IMG/VR virus record: IMGVR_UViG_3300036827_000134
Location: 22 to 64,021 of that record
Length of the DNA: 64,000 nt
Source of the DNA: a virus
Taxonomy: Duplodnaviria; Caudoviricetes
Strand: one strand, 5' to 3'
Shown here one piece after another: positions 28,433-37,447 of this stretch (positions are counted from its first letter, which is position 1; each line of letters opens with the position of its first letter). The translations under genes and the position numbers were made by a program. The notes under the pieces are model-generated. The model ran no database searches. It saw only the letters and a list, made by a program, of their open reading frames with translations, and was not told the origin of the DNA.

Positions 28433-29887
28433 TTAGGAAAACAGGCGCGGTCGTTGCGGCGCCTTCGCAATCTGTGTGAGCAGCGGCGCGTCCTTCAGCA
28501 ACCGGCGCTGTGCCATCTCACAGTACTCTGGGCTCAATTCGATTCCGATCGCGTCGCGCTGTAGGCGATCGGCAACCATCGCTGTCGTGAATGCGCCAGC
28601 GAAACAATCCAAGACAGTACACGGAACCACGGCGGATTCGCATACGCAAGATGCAAGCCAGCCTGTCGTACGATCCTCCGTGACCGGGACGCCGGTCTTT
28701 CCTTTCGATCGGCCGTTTCGATGGATCGTGCCATGCGCACCCTCGCTGGCGTCCCAGCCATCCGCCGCTTTCTGGATGCGGTCAGTGCTCACGCGTTCAA
28801 TCTGCCTGACCCATGGCGCCCGGCATAAAGCGCAACAACCTTTCTCGCTCGTTCCCGCACGGATCAGCGGCTCAACGAGGCCCGAAGGAAAAACTGCGAA
28901 GTGACTGCCCGGAAATGGCTGCGTATTGACATCGAGCGCGATCGGATCGCCACCGTCATCTGTGATCAGACCATGAGGCGCGTTGAGACTGTCGAAAAAC
29001 AGGTCCGAGTTCCGGAAATTCCTGGCGCCAGTGTATTCCCAGTACTCCGGCGGCCGCCCGTTTACGTCTTTCAACTCTGAGCGCACATTGGAACCCTTCG
29101 CCGCGCGCGTGCCGGCGGCGACGGAGCCGACCCTTTTGACCGCGGTTACGTCCCAGTAGTACTTTGCCGACTTCGTCAGGAGATAGACGTACTCGACTGC
29201 TGAGGCTGGCCGGTCAGTCACGCTCTCCGGCATGCAGGAGCGTTTGATCCATGGCATCTGCGACCGAAGGAACCAACCGTCGGCTTGCAATGCCATCGCC
29301 ACGCGGGCCGGCATCATCATCAGGTCTTTTGGTTTGAGGCCGAGGTCTGGCCATGATCGAATGTTGCCGAGTGCTTCTTGCGTGTGTCTTCGGTCCCTTC
29401 GCTGCCCGCGTTTGCCCTGCGTGCCTGTTCCTCCTCCGCTGGCGTACCCGTCCCCCATGTTGACGAACAGGACAGCGTCAGGCCGCAGGACCCGCCAAAC
29501 CTCTCGGAAAATCAAAACCTCATGGGCGACAAATAGATCGGGGTTTGGTTCGAGACCGTGCGCGCCGGCCCATGCGTTGCAGCGTTGACAGAATTTTCCT
29601 TGAGGCACCTCGGTGCGGAGCCACGCGACACGTTTTTCGGTCGGTTGCTCTTCGTCCCGGCCGTTGCGGGTGTGTTGCCACCGTCGCTTGTCGGTGTGGT
29701 TCGTCGCGTTGACCTGAAGAACGTCACCCCATTCATGTTCGCAGGTATCATCGTCGCCCCATATCGTTGCTGGTACGCCATAATCGCGTAGGCCAAGATA
29801 CGGAGGACTCGTGATGCAGCAATGAACGCTGGCGTCTGGCAGCTTGCGCAATTCGTCGCGTGCGTCGCCGCAGATAATCCGGATCAC
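28433..29887 (-). CDS. Beta-class N4-cytosine/N6-adenine DNA methyltransferase
   Basis: Motif IV TSPPY near N-terminus, HFAVFP, motif I VLDCFAGAFTT, GIELSPEY; GTGA coupling. Confidence 0.92.
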   Translation of the reverse strand: MIRIICGDARDELRKLPDASVHCCITSPPYLGLRDYGVPATIWGDDDTCEHEWGDVLQVNATNHTDKRRWQHTRNGRDEEQPTEKRVAWLRTEVPQGKFCQRCNAWAGAHGLEPNPDLFVAHEVLIFREVWRVLRPDAVLFVNMGDGYASGGGTGTQGKRGQRRDRRHTQEALGNIRSWPDLGLKPKDLMMMPARVAMALQADGWFLRSQMPWIKRSCMPESVTDRPASAVEYVYLLTKSAKYYWDVTAVKRVGSVAAGTRAAKGSNVRSELKDVNGRPPEYWEYTGARNFRNSDLFFDSLNAPHGLITDDGGDPIALDVNTQPFPGSHFAVFPSGLVEPLIRAGTSEKGCCALCRAPWVRQIERVSTDRIQKAADGWDASEGAHGTIHRNGRSKGKTGVPVTEDRTTGWLASCVCESAVVPCTVLDCFAGAFTTAMVADRLQRDAIGIELSPEYCEMAQRRLLKDAPLLTQIAKAPQRPRLFS

Positions 29888-30107
29888 AGCGGACCGCCCG
29901 GCACTGGCGTGATAAGGTCGATCAGGTCCATCTGTGGACTCTGTGTGCGGTGGCGCAGCGCCGCCCGATAACTGCGCCGCGAGCACGCCGGTGTAGGGTC
30001 CGGCAGGGCGGATCGCGCCGTCTCGGCGATACAATCGCAGCACCACCGTGAACGGTCCGGGATCTCCGCGCCATCATCTGGCCGACCCGCACAGGACAGG
30101 CACTCCC

Positions 30108-30293
30108 TCATGCTGGCAGCGACTTCAGGTGATCAAGCACCGCGCGCATGATGGCGATCTGGCGATCAGCCTTGGCTTGTCGCAGTTTCTTGCGCTCCAC
30201 CAACCCCGGATAGACCCATTCCCGCAGACCGATTTCGCGCTCGATCTCGGTGATCATCTCGGCGACCGTGATCGGCAGCAGATCGCCGCTCAA
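30108..30293 (-). CDS. Conserved small phage protein
   Basis: EREIGLRE.VYP..V...K..QA.ADRQIA.M.A motif. Confidence 0.7.
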   Translation of the reverse strand: MSGDLLPITVAEMITEIEREIGLREWVYPGLVERKKLRQAKADRQIAIMRAVLDHLKSLPA

Positions 30294-30459
30294 CGGCCAT
30301 ACGCCTGCAGCGCCGCCACGATCACCGCGGTTTCGCTGACGGAAAGTTCCCGGATTTTGATATAGTCCATGTAACCGCGCTCAATCCGACGTGCGAGGTC
30401 CGACGCCTCGAAACGCGTCGTCTCGGGCTTACGCTCGATCGTGACGGTATCCGCCATGG

Positions 30460-31206
30460 TCAATCCCCTCCGAACAAACGCGGCCGCGCCGGCGCTGCAT
30501 ACCGCTCGCTGGTCATCTCCTCCTGCAACACCGGCAGTAGGTGCCTGGCGTTGGCCGCGACCGCCGCTGTGAGCAACTCGGCCGAGGCGAGCCACGCCAT
30601 CGCCGGCAGGCTCTTGAACGTGCCAAGGCCGCTGTCACGCGGCGTTTGGCGTGATGCCGCGTCGTGGTAGTACGCCATCAGCTTGCGTGCCTTGTCCCGG
30701 ACCACGCCTTCGTCATCCCATTCGGCCTCGCGTTCGCCAGGTTCGGGCGCCAGGCGCCACCCGCGACCAACCACCAGATCGGCAGCGCGCATGTCTTCGC
30801 GCACCACCCAGTTGAACGCCAGGGGTTCGAGCGAATGAATCAGGCCCAGTGCTGACACGGCGTGATGGTCATCCGTGGCCTTCAGAAACCGGGCAAACAA
30901 GATCTTGCCCATCCGAGACAGCGGCGCGGCCTCGGCCTCGGCCGGCAATGCCAGTTCATCCGCTGTGCCAAGGTTTTCCTTGCACCACGCATCAAGCGCG
31001 GTGCTGACCACGGCCTCATTCCAATAGCGGACATTGCCGGCGATCGCGTCCTGCGACTGCTGACAGAATGCTGCAGCTTCGAACCGAGCGACGAAGGCCG
31101 GCGTGGCGGTCTCGGCATTGCGCTTTGCATCGGCAACGGATTGCGGAACCTGCCGGCCCATGACCTCGAGCAGCCAGCGGCCCACCATGCGCTTAGTCGC
31201 CTTCAT
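30460..31206 (-). CDS. Hypothetical protein, possible helicase-loader-like partner of the initiator
   Basis: Directly downstream of initiator-like gene; RPRLF tail. Confidence 0.45.
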   Translation of the reverse strand: MKATKRMVGRWLLEVMGRQVPQSVADAKRNAETATPAFVARFEAAAFCQQSQDAIAGNVRYWNEAVVSTALDAWCKENLGTADELALPAEAEAAPLSRMGKILFARFLKATDDHHAVSALGLIHSLEPLAFNWVVREDMRAADLVVGRGWRLAPEPGEREAEWDDEGVVRDKARKLMAYYHDAASRQTPRDSGLGTFKSLPAMAWLASAELLTAAVAANARHLLPVLQEEMTSERYAAPARPRLFGGD

Positions 31207-31618
31207 GGAAGGTGCCTTCCAGAAGCGGAACGGAATTGTCGAGCTGCGCAAGGAGGATGGCGGCGCCGTTCACCGACTGTTCATGGTGGTGCGGAGCGCG
31301 GCGCATCTGGTACCCGTGCTCGAGTAATTTTGCGAGCGATTTGGGCTGAAGCACAAAATCCAGGTCGGCTTTCCAACCGCGGTCATTATCGCCGCAGCAG
31401 AAAGCGCTGGCTTCGACCCGGGCGACTGCCTCGAGCAGGCCAGCGATGCCAACCTCCCGCAATCGGCAGCGCAGGTTCGCAGTGCGCGTTTTGGTCATCA
31501 ACCGGACCCGAGGAAGTCCGGCACGGGCGGCCATGGCGTTCCACGCATCCAGAACGCTTTGGCTGTCGGCGGCGCTTGTGTCCGCCAGCAGGCTCATCCC
31601 AGCCACTGTAACCGACAT
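31193..31618 (-). CDS. Replication-initiator C-terminal-like domain protein
   Basis: WN...LP.V..MT..R...S.F..G.NDRGWKADLDFVL.P....K.LE..Y motif; no N-terminal wHTH. Confidence 0.65.
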   Translation of the reverse strand: MSVTVAGMSLLADTSAADSQSVLDAWNAMAARAGLPRVRLMTKTRTANLRCRLREVGIAGLLEAVARVEASAFCCGDNDRGWKADLDFVLQPKSLAKLLEHGYQMRRAPHHHEQSVNGAAILLAQLDNSVPLLEGTFHEGD

Positions 31619-31883
31619 TTAACGGATATTTTTCTACGCAAAGGCCCGTTCTCCCCTGAAACCATTGGGACAGCCGTTGCGTTCGACGCCTGTGCGCACC
31701 TATGGTGGCAGCACCGGTCGTCGTCCGACCACAGTCCCAGTGTGGTCTATGGCTCAAGTGTCAGGGGTTTCCGGCCCCTGACCACCGCCATCTCTTCAGT
31801 CTGCTACCCTACCGTGTGGCGGTCAACCGGCTTTTACGAAAAGATGCGTTGCCGACTCGGTTCTCTTGTGCCTTAACTGGTAA

Positions 31884-32237
31884 ATGAGTTGGCTAACCCG
31901 AGGGAAAGCAAAGCGAAACATGCCTGGGAAAAAACGGATCTGGACCGAGGCTGAGGATGAGGCGCTGCGCCAGCTGATCGCTGCCGGTGGATCGACGAAC
32001 GATGCCGCTGCGCGGTTCGGTTGTGGCCGGCAGCATGCACTCGCGCACGCCAAGAAGATCGGCGCGATGAAGCCGCGCACCCCCTATGTGAAGCCACGAT
32101 CCAACGCGAGCCTCTATTACGACGATCCGTTGCCGGCGTGGCGCAAGGATTGGTGGCCGCTGCCGGCGGGCCATCCGGTGCCCTGGCAGGCCATCACCGC
32201 TGGCACCGTCCTGGAGGGCCAGGAGTATCCGCAATGA
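31884..32237 (+). CDS. GcrA/Myb-like HTH protein
   Basis: WTEAEDEALRQL...G.S...AARFG HTH; PLPAGHP..W tail. Confidence 0.65.
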   Translation: MSWLTRGKAKRNMPGKKRIWTEAEDEALRQLIAAGGSTNDAAARFGCGRQHALAHAKKIGAMKPRTPYVKPRSNASLYYDDPLPAWRKDWWPLPAGHPVPWQAITAGTVLEGQEYPQ

Positions 32238-32578
32238 CCGAGGTGTGGCTGCGCGACGCCCGCGGTCGCTTCCTCGCCGGTTCGTTCTATGATCTGGCGG
32301 GTGCGGCCGATTACGTCGAGTTCGAGCAGTGCCGGCCACGTCAGTTTCAGGTCACCGAAGTGGAGATCATTGATGACCGAGTCATTGCAGATATTCTCGA
32401 TCAAAGACGTAGCTCGCGGGTGGGAGTTCGTTAATATGTACCGTAATCGTGACGGTCTTTATCATTGTCGGATCAGGAAGATCGATCCGCGGCGTTCCGT
32501 AAATTCGTGGGATGAGATCAGCGCATCCGGCGCGACGATGCAGATCGCGTTCGATCGGGCGAACCAGGAAGCGGCTGG

Positions 32579-33019
32579 GTGAGTGTGCACATCGGTTTTA
32601 CCGGCACCCGCAACGGCATGACACCGGAGCAACAAACGCGGGTCAGCCTGTTGCTGTTGGAACTGGGTGCGACCGACCTGCACCACGGCGATTGCACCGG
32701 CAGCGACGATCAGATGGATCAGATTGCCTGTGAACTGGGGATTGGAGTCTGCGTACACCCGCCGCTCAATCCGTTGCATCGTGCCTGGTGCCACACCCGG
32801 CCGCACGATGCCGACTTCCTGATGTACGAGCCAAACCCCTATCTTCATCGTAATCGGGCGATCGTCGACGCTACGGAAGGGCTGGTCGCCACACCGAAAA
32901 CCATGGCCGAAACGACCCGTTCAGGCACGTGGTCGACGATCCGCCATGCGCTGCGCCGAGGTGTCCCGGTCTGGATCGTTCGGCCCGATGGTTCGGTGAA
33001 GTTCCGCGGGCCAAAATGA
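32579..33019 (+). CDS. SLOG/DprA-like Rossmann nucleotide-binding protein
   Basis: IGFTGTR.GMT, LHHGDC.G.D, RNRAIVD, SGTWSTIR.A. Confidence 0.75.
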   Translation: MSVHIGFTGTRNGMTPEQQTRVSLLLLELGATDLHHGDCTGSDDQMDQIACELGIGVCVHPPLNPLHRAWCHTRPHDADFLMYEPNPYLHRNRAIVDATEGLVATPKTMAETTRSGTWSTIRHALRRGVPVWIVRPDGSVKFRGPK

Positions 33020-33525
33020 AAACGGCCCGCAGGGGTGGGTTGACCGGCGAGCCGTTTCCGATAGGCTTTCGATGTCGCGACTGGAGTTGGAAGCTCCGAC
33101 GCGGGACCAAACACTGACGGAACCAGGTTTGGAACACTTGAGAGCCATACGATACGTGCTCTTGAGCCAAATTCAACCCTCCTACCGTGACAGTTTTGGT
33201 CCCCGGCGGTTTTCCGCCCGAGGTCGCACAGCCTCGCCCGTTTCGGGGAATCCCGCGAGGGAACAACGGTGGGCGCGCGAGGTCGATGGCGGTACCACGG
33301 GACAGCAAACCGCCGCTGAGTACGACGGGCCCTGGCGACAGGGTCGGGCACCGCTCTGCTGCGTCGGGGAAAGCCGGCGACAAAAGGTGTCTGGGCACGC
33401 GGGCAAATCCCCTGCGCTGCCTGACCGCATGCGGCGACGACCGCCCGGTGACCCGTCTGACCTTCGTTGCTTTTGGGCAACGGGGTTAGGCGACCGTGTC
33501 TCCGGTCATCGTTGCCGATGACTGC
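33020..33525 (+). ncRNA. Candidate large structured non-coding RNA
   Basis: About 12 hairpins read by eye, GCGA tetraloops, G-U pairs consistent with + strand, no credible CDS. Confidence 0.55.
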
Positions 33526-33619
33526 CTTGAAGGAAGATGTTGATGAAGGGTAAATGCTAAAGTTCAAAAGAAAGACTGAGAGGTAGTACTGTGTATCCGC
33601 GCGAGAGAAAGTAAATAAT

Positions 33620-33898
33620 ATGCAACAACTTTTCGGAAATTGGGTCGCCGAAAATCCGATGCGCCGCACAGTTCCGCTGCCGATCGGGAACGAAGGGAGT
33701 TGGTATCATATCGAACCGGATATCATCGTCGATTATGTGTCGGCGCATGGTTCGCAGCGCAGTCTTGTTTCCGTGCTGATGCGGGAATCGCGTCGCGGTC
33801 CCGAGGGTCTCCGGATTCTGGACGTCGGCGTTGATGTCGAATGGATTGACCAACGCATGAAGGAAGCCACATTTTGGCCCATTCACCGCAAACAATAA
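33620..33898 (+). CDS. Hypothetical protein
   Basis: ORF after purine-rich spacer. Confidence 0.5.
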   Translation: MQQLFGNWVAENPMRRTVPLPIGNEGSWYHIEPDIIVDYVSAHGSQRSLVSVLMRESRRGPEGLRILDVGVDVEWIDQRMKEATFWPIHRKQ

Positions 33899-33911
33899 CT
33901 GGTAAACAACC

Positions 33912-34262
33912 ATGCGAACTGAATATACGATCTTTCGACCGGGCCATGAATCAGGCGAACGTCACGAAATCGACTGGCCAGAGGAACCGGACTACCGGGA
34001 GATCGTCGCGCTGATATCCTCAATACTCGGCGGTGCGGACCTCGAGCACGTCAACGTCCTGTACGAGGCCGCCCGGCACGATATGTTCATCGACGAGTTA
34101 AGCTCGACTTCCCTGAAGCCTGGGTATCCGCTGCCGCAGAACGATCGCGCGACCGAGATTTACCGGGCGAACTGGCTGGCGCACCATCGGTGCGCCGATC
34201 CGGAGGAACTGCCGGCGATCTACGGGCCGGCTGTTCTGTTCCATCGTATCGTTTGGACGTAG
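33912..34262 (+). CDS. Conserved phage protein (DUF3846-like)
   Basis: GG..EHV...MFIDE...LP.N.RAT..Y...IYGPAVL motif. Confidence 0.6.
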   Translation: MRTEYTIFRPGHESGERHEIDWPEEPDYREIVALISSILGGADLEHVNVLYEAARHDMFIDELSSTSLKPGYPLPQNDRATEIYRANWLAHHRCADPEELPAIYGPAVLFHRIVWT

Positions 34263-34451
34263 ACGTGGCCAACGAAACCGAAATCCTGCACGCGAGATGG
34301 CGCATTACAAACATCCGCCACGCGCCGCCCGGTTGGCCGAGGGGATGGGCTTGTGTGCACCCGGCCGAGGCCTGCACGTGGCAGGAGCGGTGCGAATCGC
34401 TGCACGAGTGCAATTACCACCGCTTGATGAAATGATCGGCGAACCGCCTTT

Positions 34452-34820
34452 TTGATGACCCAGCGTCGCACCCTCGAGCAGCAACGGCTTGATGCCACTG
34501 TCTGGGCGGCACAGCTCCGGCGCGGACTGAGCGTTAAGCAACTCGCCGCAGCAGAGGGTATCGAGACCAAGCAGGTCTATCGGGACCTGCGGGCTTGCGG
34601 TTATTCGTTGTCGGCGCTGCAGGTGGAGAGGGCGCCCGAAGCGGCGATCGAGGAGGAAGCGATGTTCGAAGGATTCCCGCAAGTGGCCAGCGAACGGCCG
34701 GCCTGGATGCATCTGAGCGCGAACGACATAGCTTTCCTGCATCGCGTGCGGGAGGAAATCCGAGCGGCCGATCGCGTGATGGCGTATAAATCTCGCGCAA
34801 GCGGTCAATTTATGGACTAA
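34452..34820 (+). CDS. HTH protein
   Basis: GLSVKQLAAAEGIETKQVYRDL. Confidence 0.6.
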   Translation: MMTQRRTLEQQRLDATVWAAQLRRGLSVKQLAAAEGIETKQVYRDLRACGYSLSALQVERAPEAAIEEEAMFEGFPQVASERPAWMHLSANDIAFLHRVREEIRAADRVMAYKSRASGQFMD

Positions 34821-34857
34821 CGAAAAACCCCAACCGCGGCATGGGAGATGGGCCCCG

Positions 34858-35574
34858 ATGGCAGTCACGCGGGACGGTACAACGTCGAAATTACGTCAAC
34901 CCGACATCATCGAAGCGATTCGAGATGTGCAGCGCACCGCCGGAAACCGAGCGTTTCGACCGGCCGTGATGGAAATGCTGCTTGCCAGGTTCCAGATGGT
35001 TCCGACCAAAGGTCAATTGAGTGGGATGCTATGGCGCGAAGGCCTCTCGGTTGGAAATGACGGTGTGCTGCGCGAAACTGATGGCGCGGCAGCGCTGGAT
35101 CTGGCCAGGAAGCGAAGCCGGGAGGAGGTCGACCGCCGGCGCCAGCAACGCGAGCATGCGCGAGCTGCCGCGGTTGCGGTTTCGGATGCTGCAGCGGTGA
35201 AACCGCCGGCGCAACCAAAGCAACCCAGGCCGGCATCCGTGCAACAGAAACCAGTTGTCGTGCAACCGGCCGCCCGGGTCACCGTGATCTCCCCCGCCGC
35301 CGCAGCGGCCCTGGTGCCATCGCTGCCGGATCCGCCGCCAGCGGTCGCTGTGGTGGCGCCTCCGCGGCCGCCACCGACGCGCCAGGCCAGCTGCGTGTTC
35401 CCGCTCGGCGATCCTGGCACCCGAGAGTTCCACTACTGCGACGATGCAACACTCCCGGGTCGGCCGTACTGCCTGGCCCATTGCACCACCGCTTATCAGG
35501 GCTTCAAACCGGAGCGGAAATACAACGAAGCAACCGCCTCCTATGCTGGGTTGTTTCCCGCACGGCATCTTTAA
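34858..35574 (+). CDS. gcrA: GcrA cell-cycle regulator homologue
   Basis: C-terminal CVFPLGDP....FHYC.....GRPYC..HC..AY zinc motif; Pro-rich linker. Confidence 0.8.
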   Translation: MAVTRDGTTSKLRQPDIIEAIRDVQRTAGNRAFRPAVMEMLLARFQMVPTKGQLSGMLWREGLSVGNDGVLRETDGAAALDLARKRSREEVDRRRQQREHARAAAVAVSDAAAVKPPAQPKQPRPASVQQKPVVVQPAARVTVISPAAAAALVPSLPDPPPAVAVVAPPRPPPTRQASCVFPLGDPGTREFHYCDDATLPGRPYCLAHCTTAYQGFKPERKYNEATASYAGLFPARHL

Positions 35575-35879
35575 TCGGGAAACGCAATGCCCGCGCGTTG
35601 CAGCGTGTCCAGCAGGCGAATGATCACCACGGCCCAACCGGGCATAATCTGATCGCCTGAGGCCCAGCGCCGCACCGATCGTTCGTTGACGCGGGCAAAG
35701 GCCGCAAAGGTACGTTGCGTGTGGCCGAGATCCCGCAATGCAGAGCGGAAGGCCTCGGGCGTTATCGTGACCGGGTGATCACCACCAGAATCACCACCGC
35801 TATCACTGCGGCCCAGAACGCCAGGCCAAGGCTTACTCCGGTCACGCAACCTTTCAGAAGTCCGGGTTTCATACGCCAC
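35571..35879 (-). CDS. XRE-family HTH protein (start uncertain)
   Basis: TPEAFRSALRDLGHTQR.FA....VNERSVRRWASG. Confidence 0.7.
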   Translation of the reverse strand: MAYETRTSERLRDRSKPWPGVLGRSDSGGDSGGDHPVTITPEAFRSALRDLGHTQRTFAAFARVNERSVRRWASGDQIMPGWAVVIIRLLDTLQRAGIAFPD

Positions 35880-36299
35880 AACTCAATACTCCTTTGGCTT
35901 GCTGGCAAGGTCACCACCTTGTCGCCATTTAATGCGGTCGGCCTCGAGCGCGCCTGACCGCGGAACGATCGCCGAACCACTCGATGATGCAGATCACGAC
36001 GGCGGTCAGGATTATCAGGAACATTCGCCGTTATCCTTTCGAGTCAGATCGACCGGGCGGCCAAAGAATGCGCGCTTGCAGTCGACGCAGTGCATGGCGA
36101 CCAGATGCTTGCCGAGGTAATAGGTGGCGACCCGATGCCCGGGCCGGCGCCACATGTGCCAGAGGGCCCGGAGGCGGGCCCTGAGCGGGCCGCCAGCGGT
36201 CATTGGCCAGCTCCGCTGGCGGTCGCAGTCGGCTTGTGGCCGAATCGGGTGACGGCAGCCCGACGCACATCGTCGGGCTTACGAGGACGTGGCATCGGC

Positions 36300-37139
36300 T
36301 CAACCCTCCCCTGCCACGTCACGCTCAGCGTCAACGCCGTACTCGGCGCCGTCGATAAGGCCGGCGGATACTTTCCAATCAAACAGAGCGTTGGCCAACT
36401 CGCGGCGTATCGTAGCGGCCTCGGCGAGGGACGTGACGTGGTAAGCGCTACCACGAAGGCCAAATGATCCAGAGATATGGCAAAACCGTTCGTGGGCCAT
36501 GCGAGCCTTGCGCACGATGTTGAACCGCCGATCGCGCTTAATCTGTTCCGCCACGATCTCCGCCACGCCGGCGCCGGGAAGCGGCCCCTGGTCGACCGGA
36601 GCGGGTGCAATCTCGAGTCCGCAATCGGGTAACGCACGCTCAGGCCAGTACCGGGCCGCCGGCATACGCCAGTCACGGCGCCACTTGATCTTACCGCCCA
36701 GCGGTCCTGTCATGCTGCACAGCCGGCCAGGGACGGTCAGGACGACCGTTTCGGTCAATGGGGCATGCGAGTACCAGTTCTCGCCCAGACAGCTGCGAAT
36801 CGCGTCCACAGCCGCGCCGTGCAGGCTCCAAAAACGCTCAGCCGTCATCGCTGGCACTTTGGTCACTTTCGGTGCTGGAGCGGTTGGACTTTTCCGGGTC
36901 GGTTTCGGAACCAGCGTCACGACCGGCGCCGGCGCGTCCATCTGATCAGCGCGGGCGGCCAGTGCCACGCAAGAGGCCTCGAGGCGGTCGACCTGGTCGG
37001 GTGCGAGACCTGGCGTAGTCTCGAGGTAGCGTTGCCAGAATGCCGCGCGGGCCCGGAGATCGGCCGAACTCGGATCAGCGTTACTGAGTTGATCAAGAAG
37101 TGTAAGAGCGGCGACAGTCGTTTGAAGTGATGCACTCAT
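36300..37139 (-). CDS. Hypothetical early protein
   Basis: 279-aa ORF with AAGGA RBS. Confidence 0.6.
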   Translation of the reverse strand: MSASLQTTVAALTLLDQLSNADPSSADLRARAAFWQRYLETTPGLAPDQVDRLEASCVALAARADQMDAPAPVVTLVPKPTRKSPTAPAPKVTKVPAMTAERFWSLHGAAVDAIRSCLGENWYSHAPLTETVVLTVPGRLCSMTGPLGGKIKWRRDWRMPAARYWPERALPDCGLEIAPAPVDQGPLPGAGVAEIVAEQIKRDRRFNIVRKARMAHERFCHISGSFGLRGSAYHVTSLAEAATIRRELANALFDWKVSAGLIDGAEYGVDAERDVAGEG

Positions 37140-37447
37140 AACGTGGATTCCTTGTTCTGGGAACGATTGACCGAAATATTTGTGAACTATCGTCGGTTAC
37201 AGCGTGGTTACTTAGTGTCATGGTTAATGGAAATTATGGACACAAAGAATCAGATCTTCGGATGGGCCAATGCGTTAAGCACGTAAAGCACGGCAACGCC
37301 TACGACGAACCAGAGCAGCATCTACCGCACCACTGGCACGATGACGGTCGGCAAGCCCGACAGCCATGCGGGTTGCGGCATCAATCGCAGGTACGGCAGG
37401 CACAACGCCAGGCCGAGTACGGCGATGATCAGGTTCTTGCCCATGGC

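Noticed and set aside
33072-33521. ORFs overlapping the structured element (33072-33521, 33187-33489, 32845-33669, 32871-33398)
   Set aside because: Arg/Pro/Gly-rich composition without motifs or clear RBS, better explained by GC-rich stems
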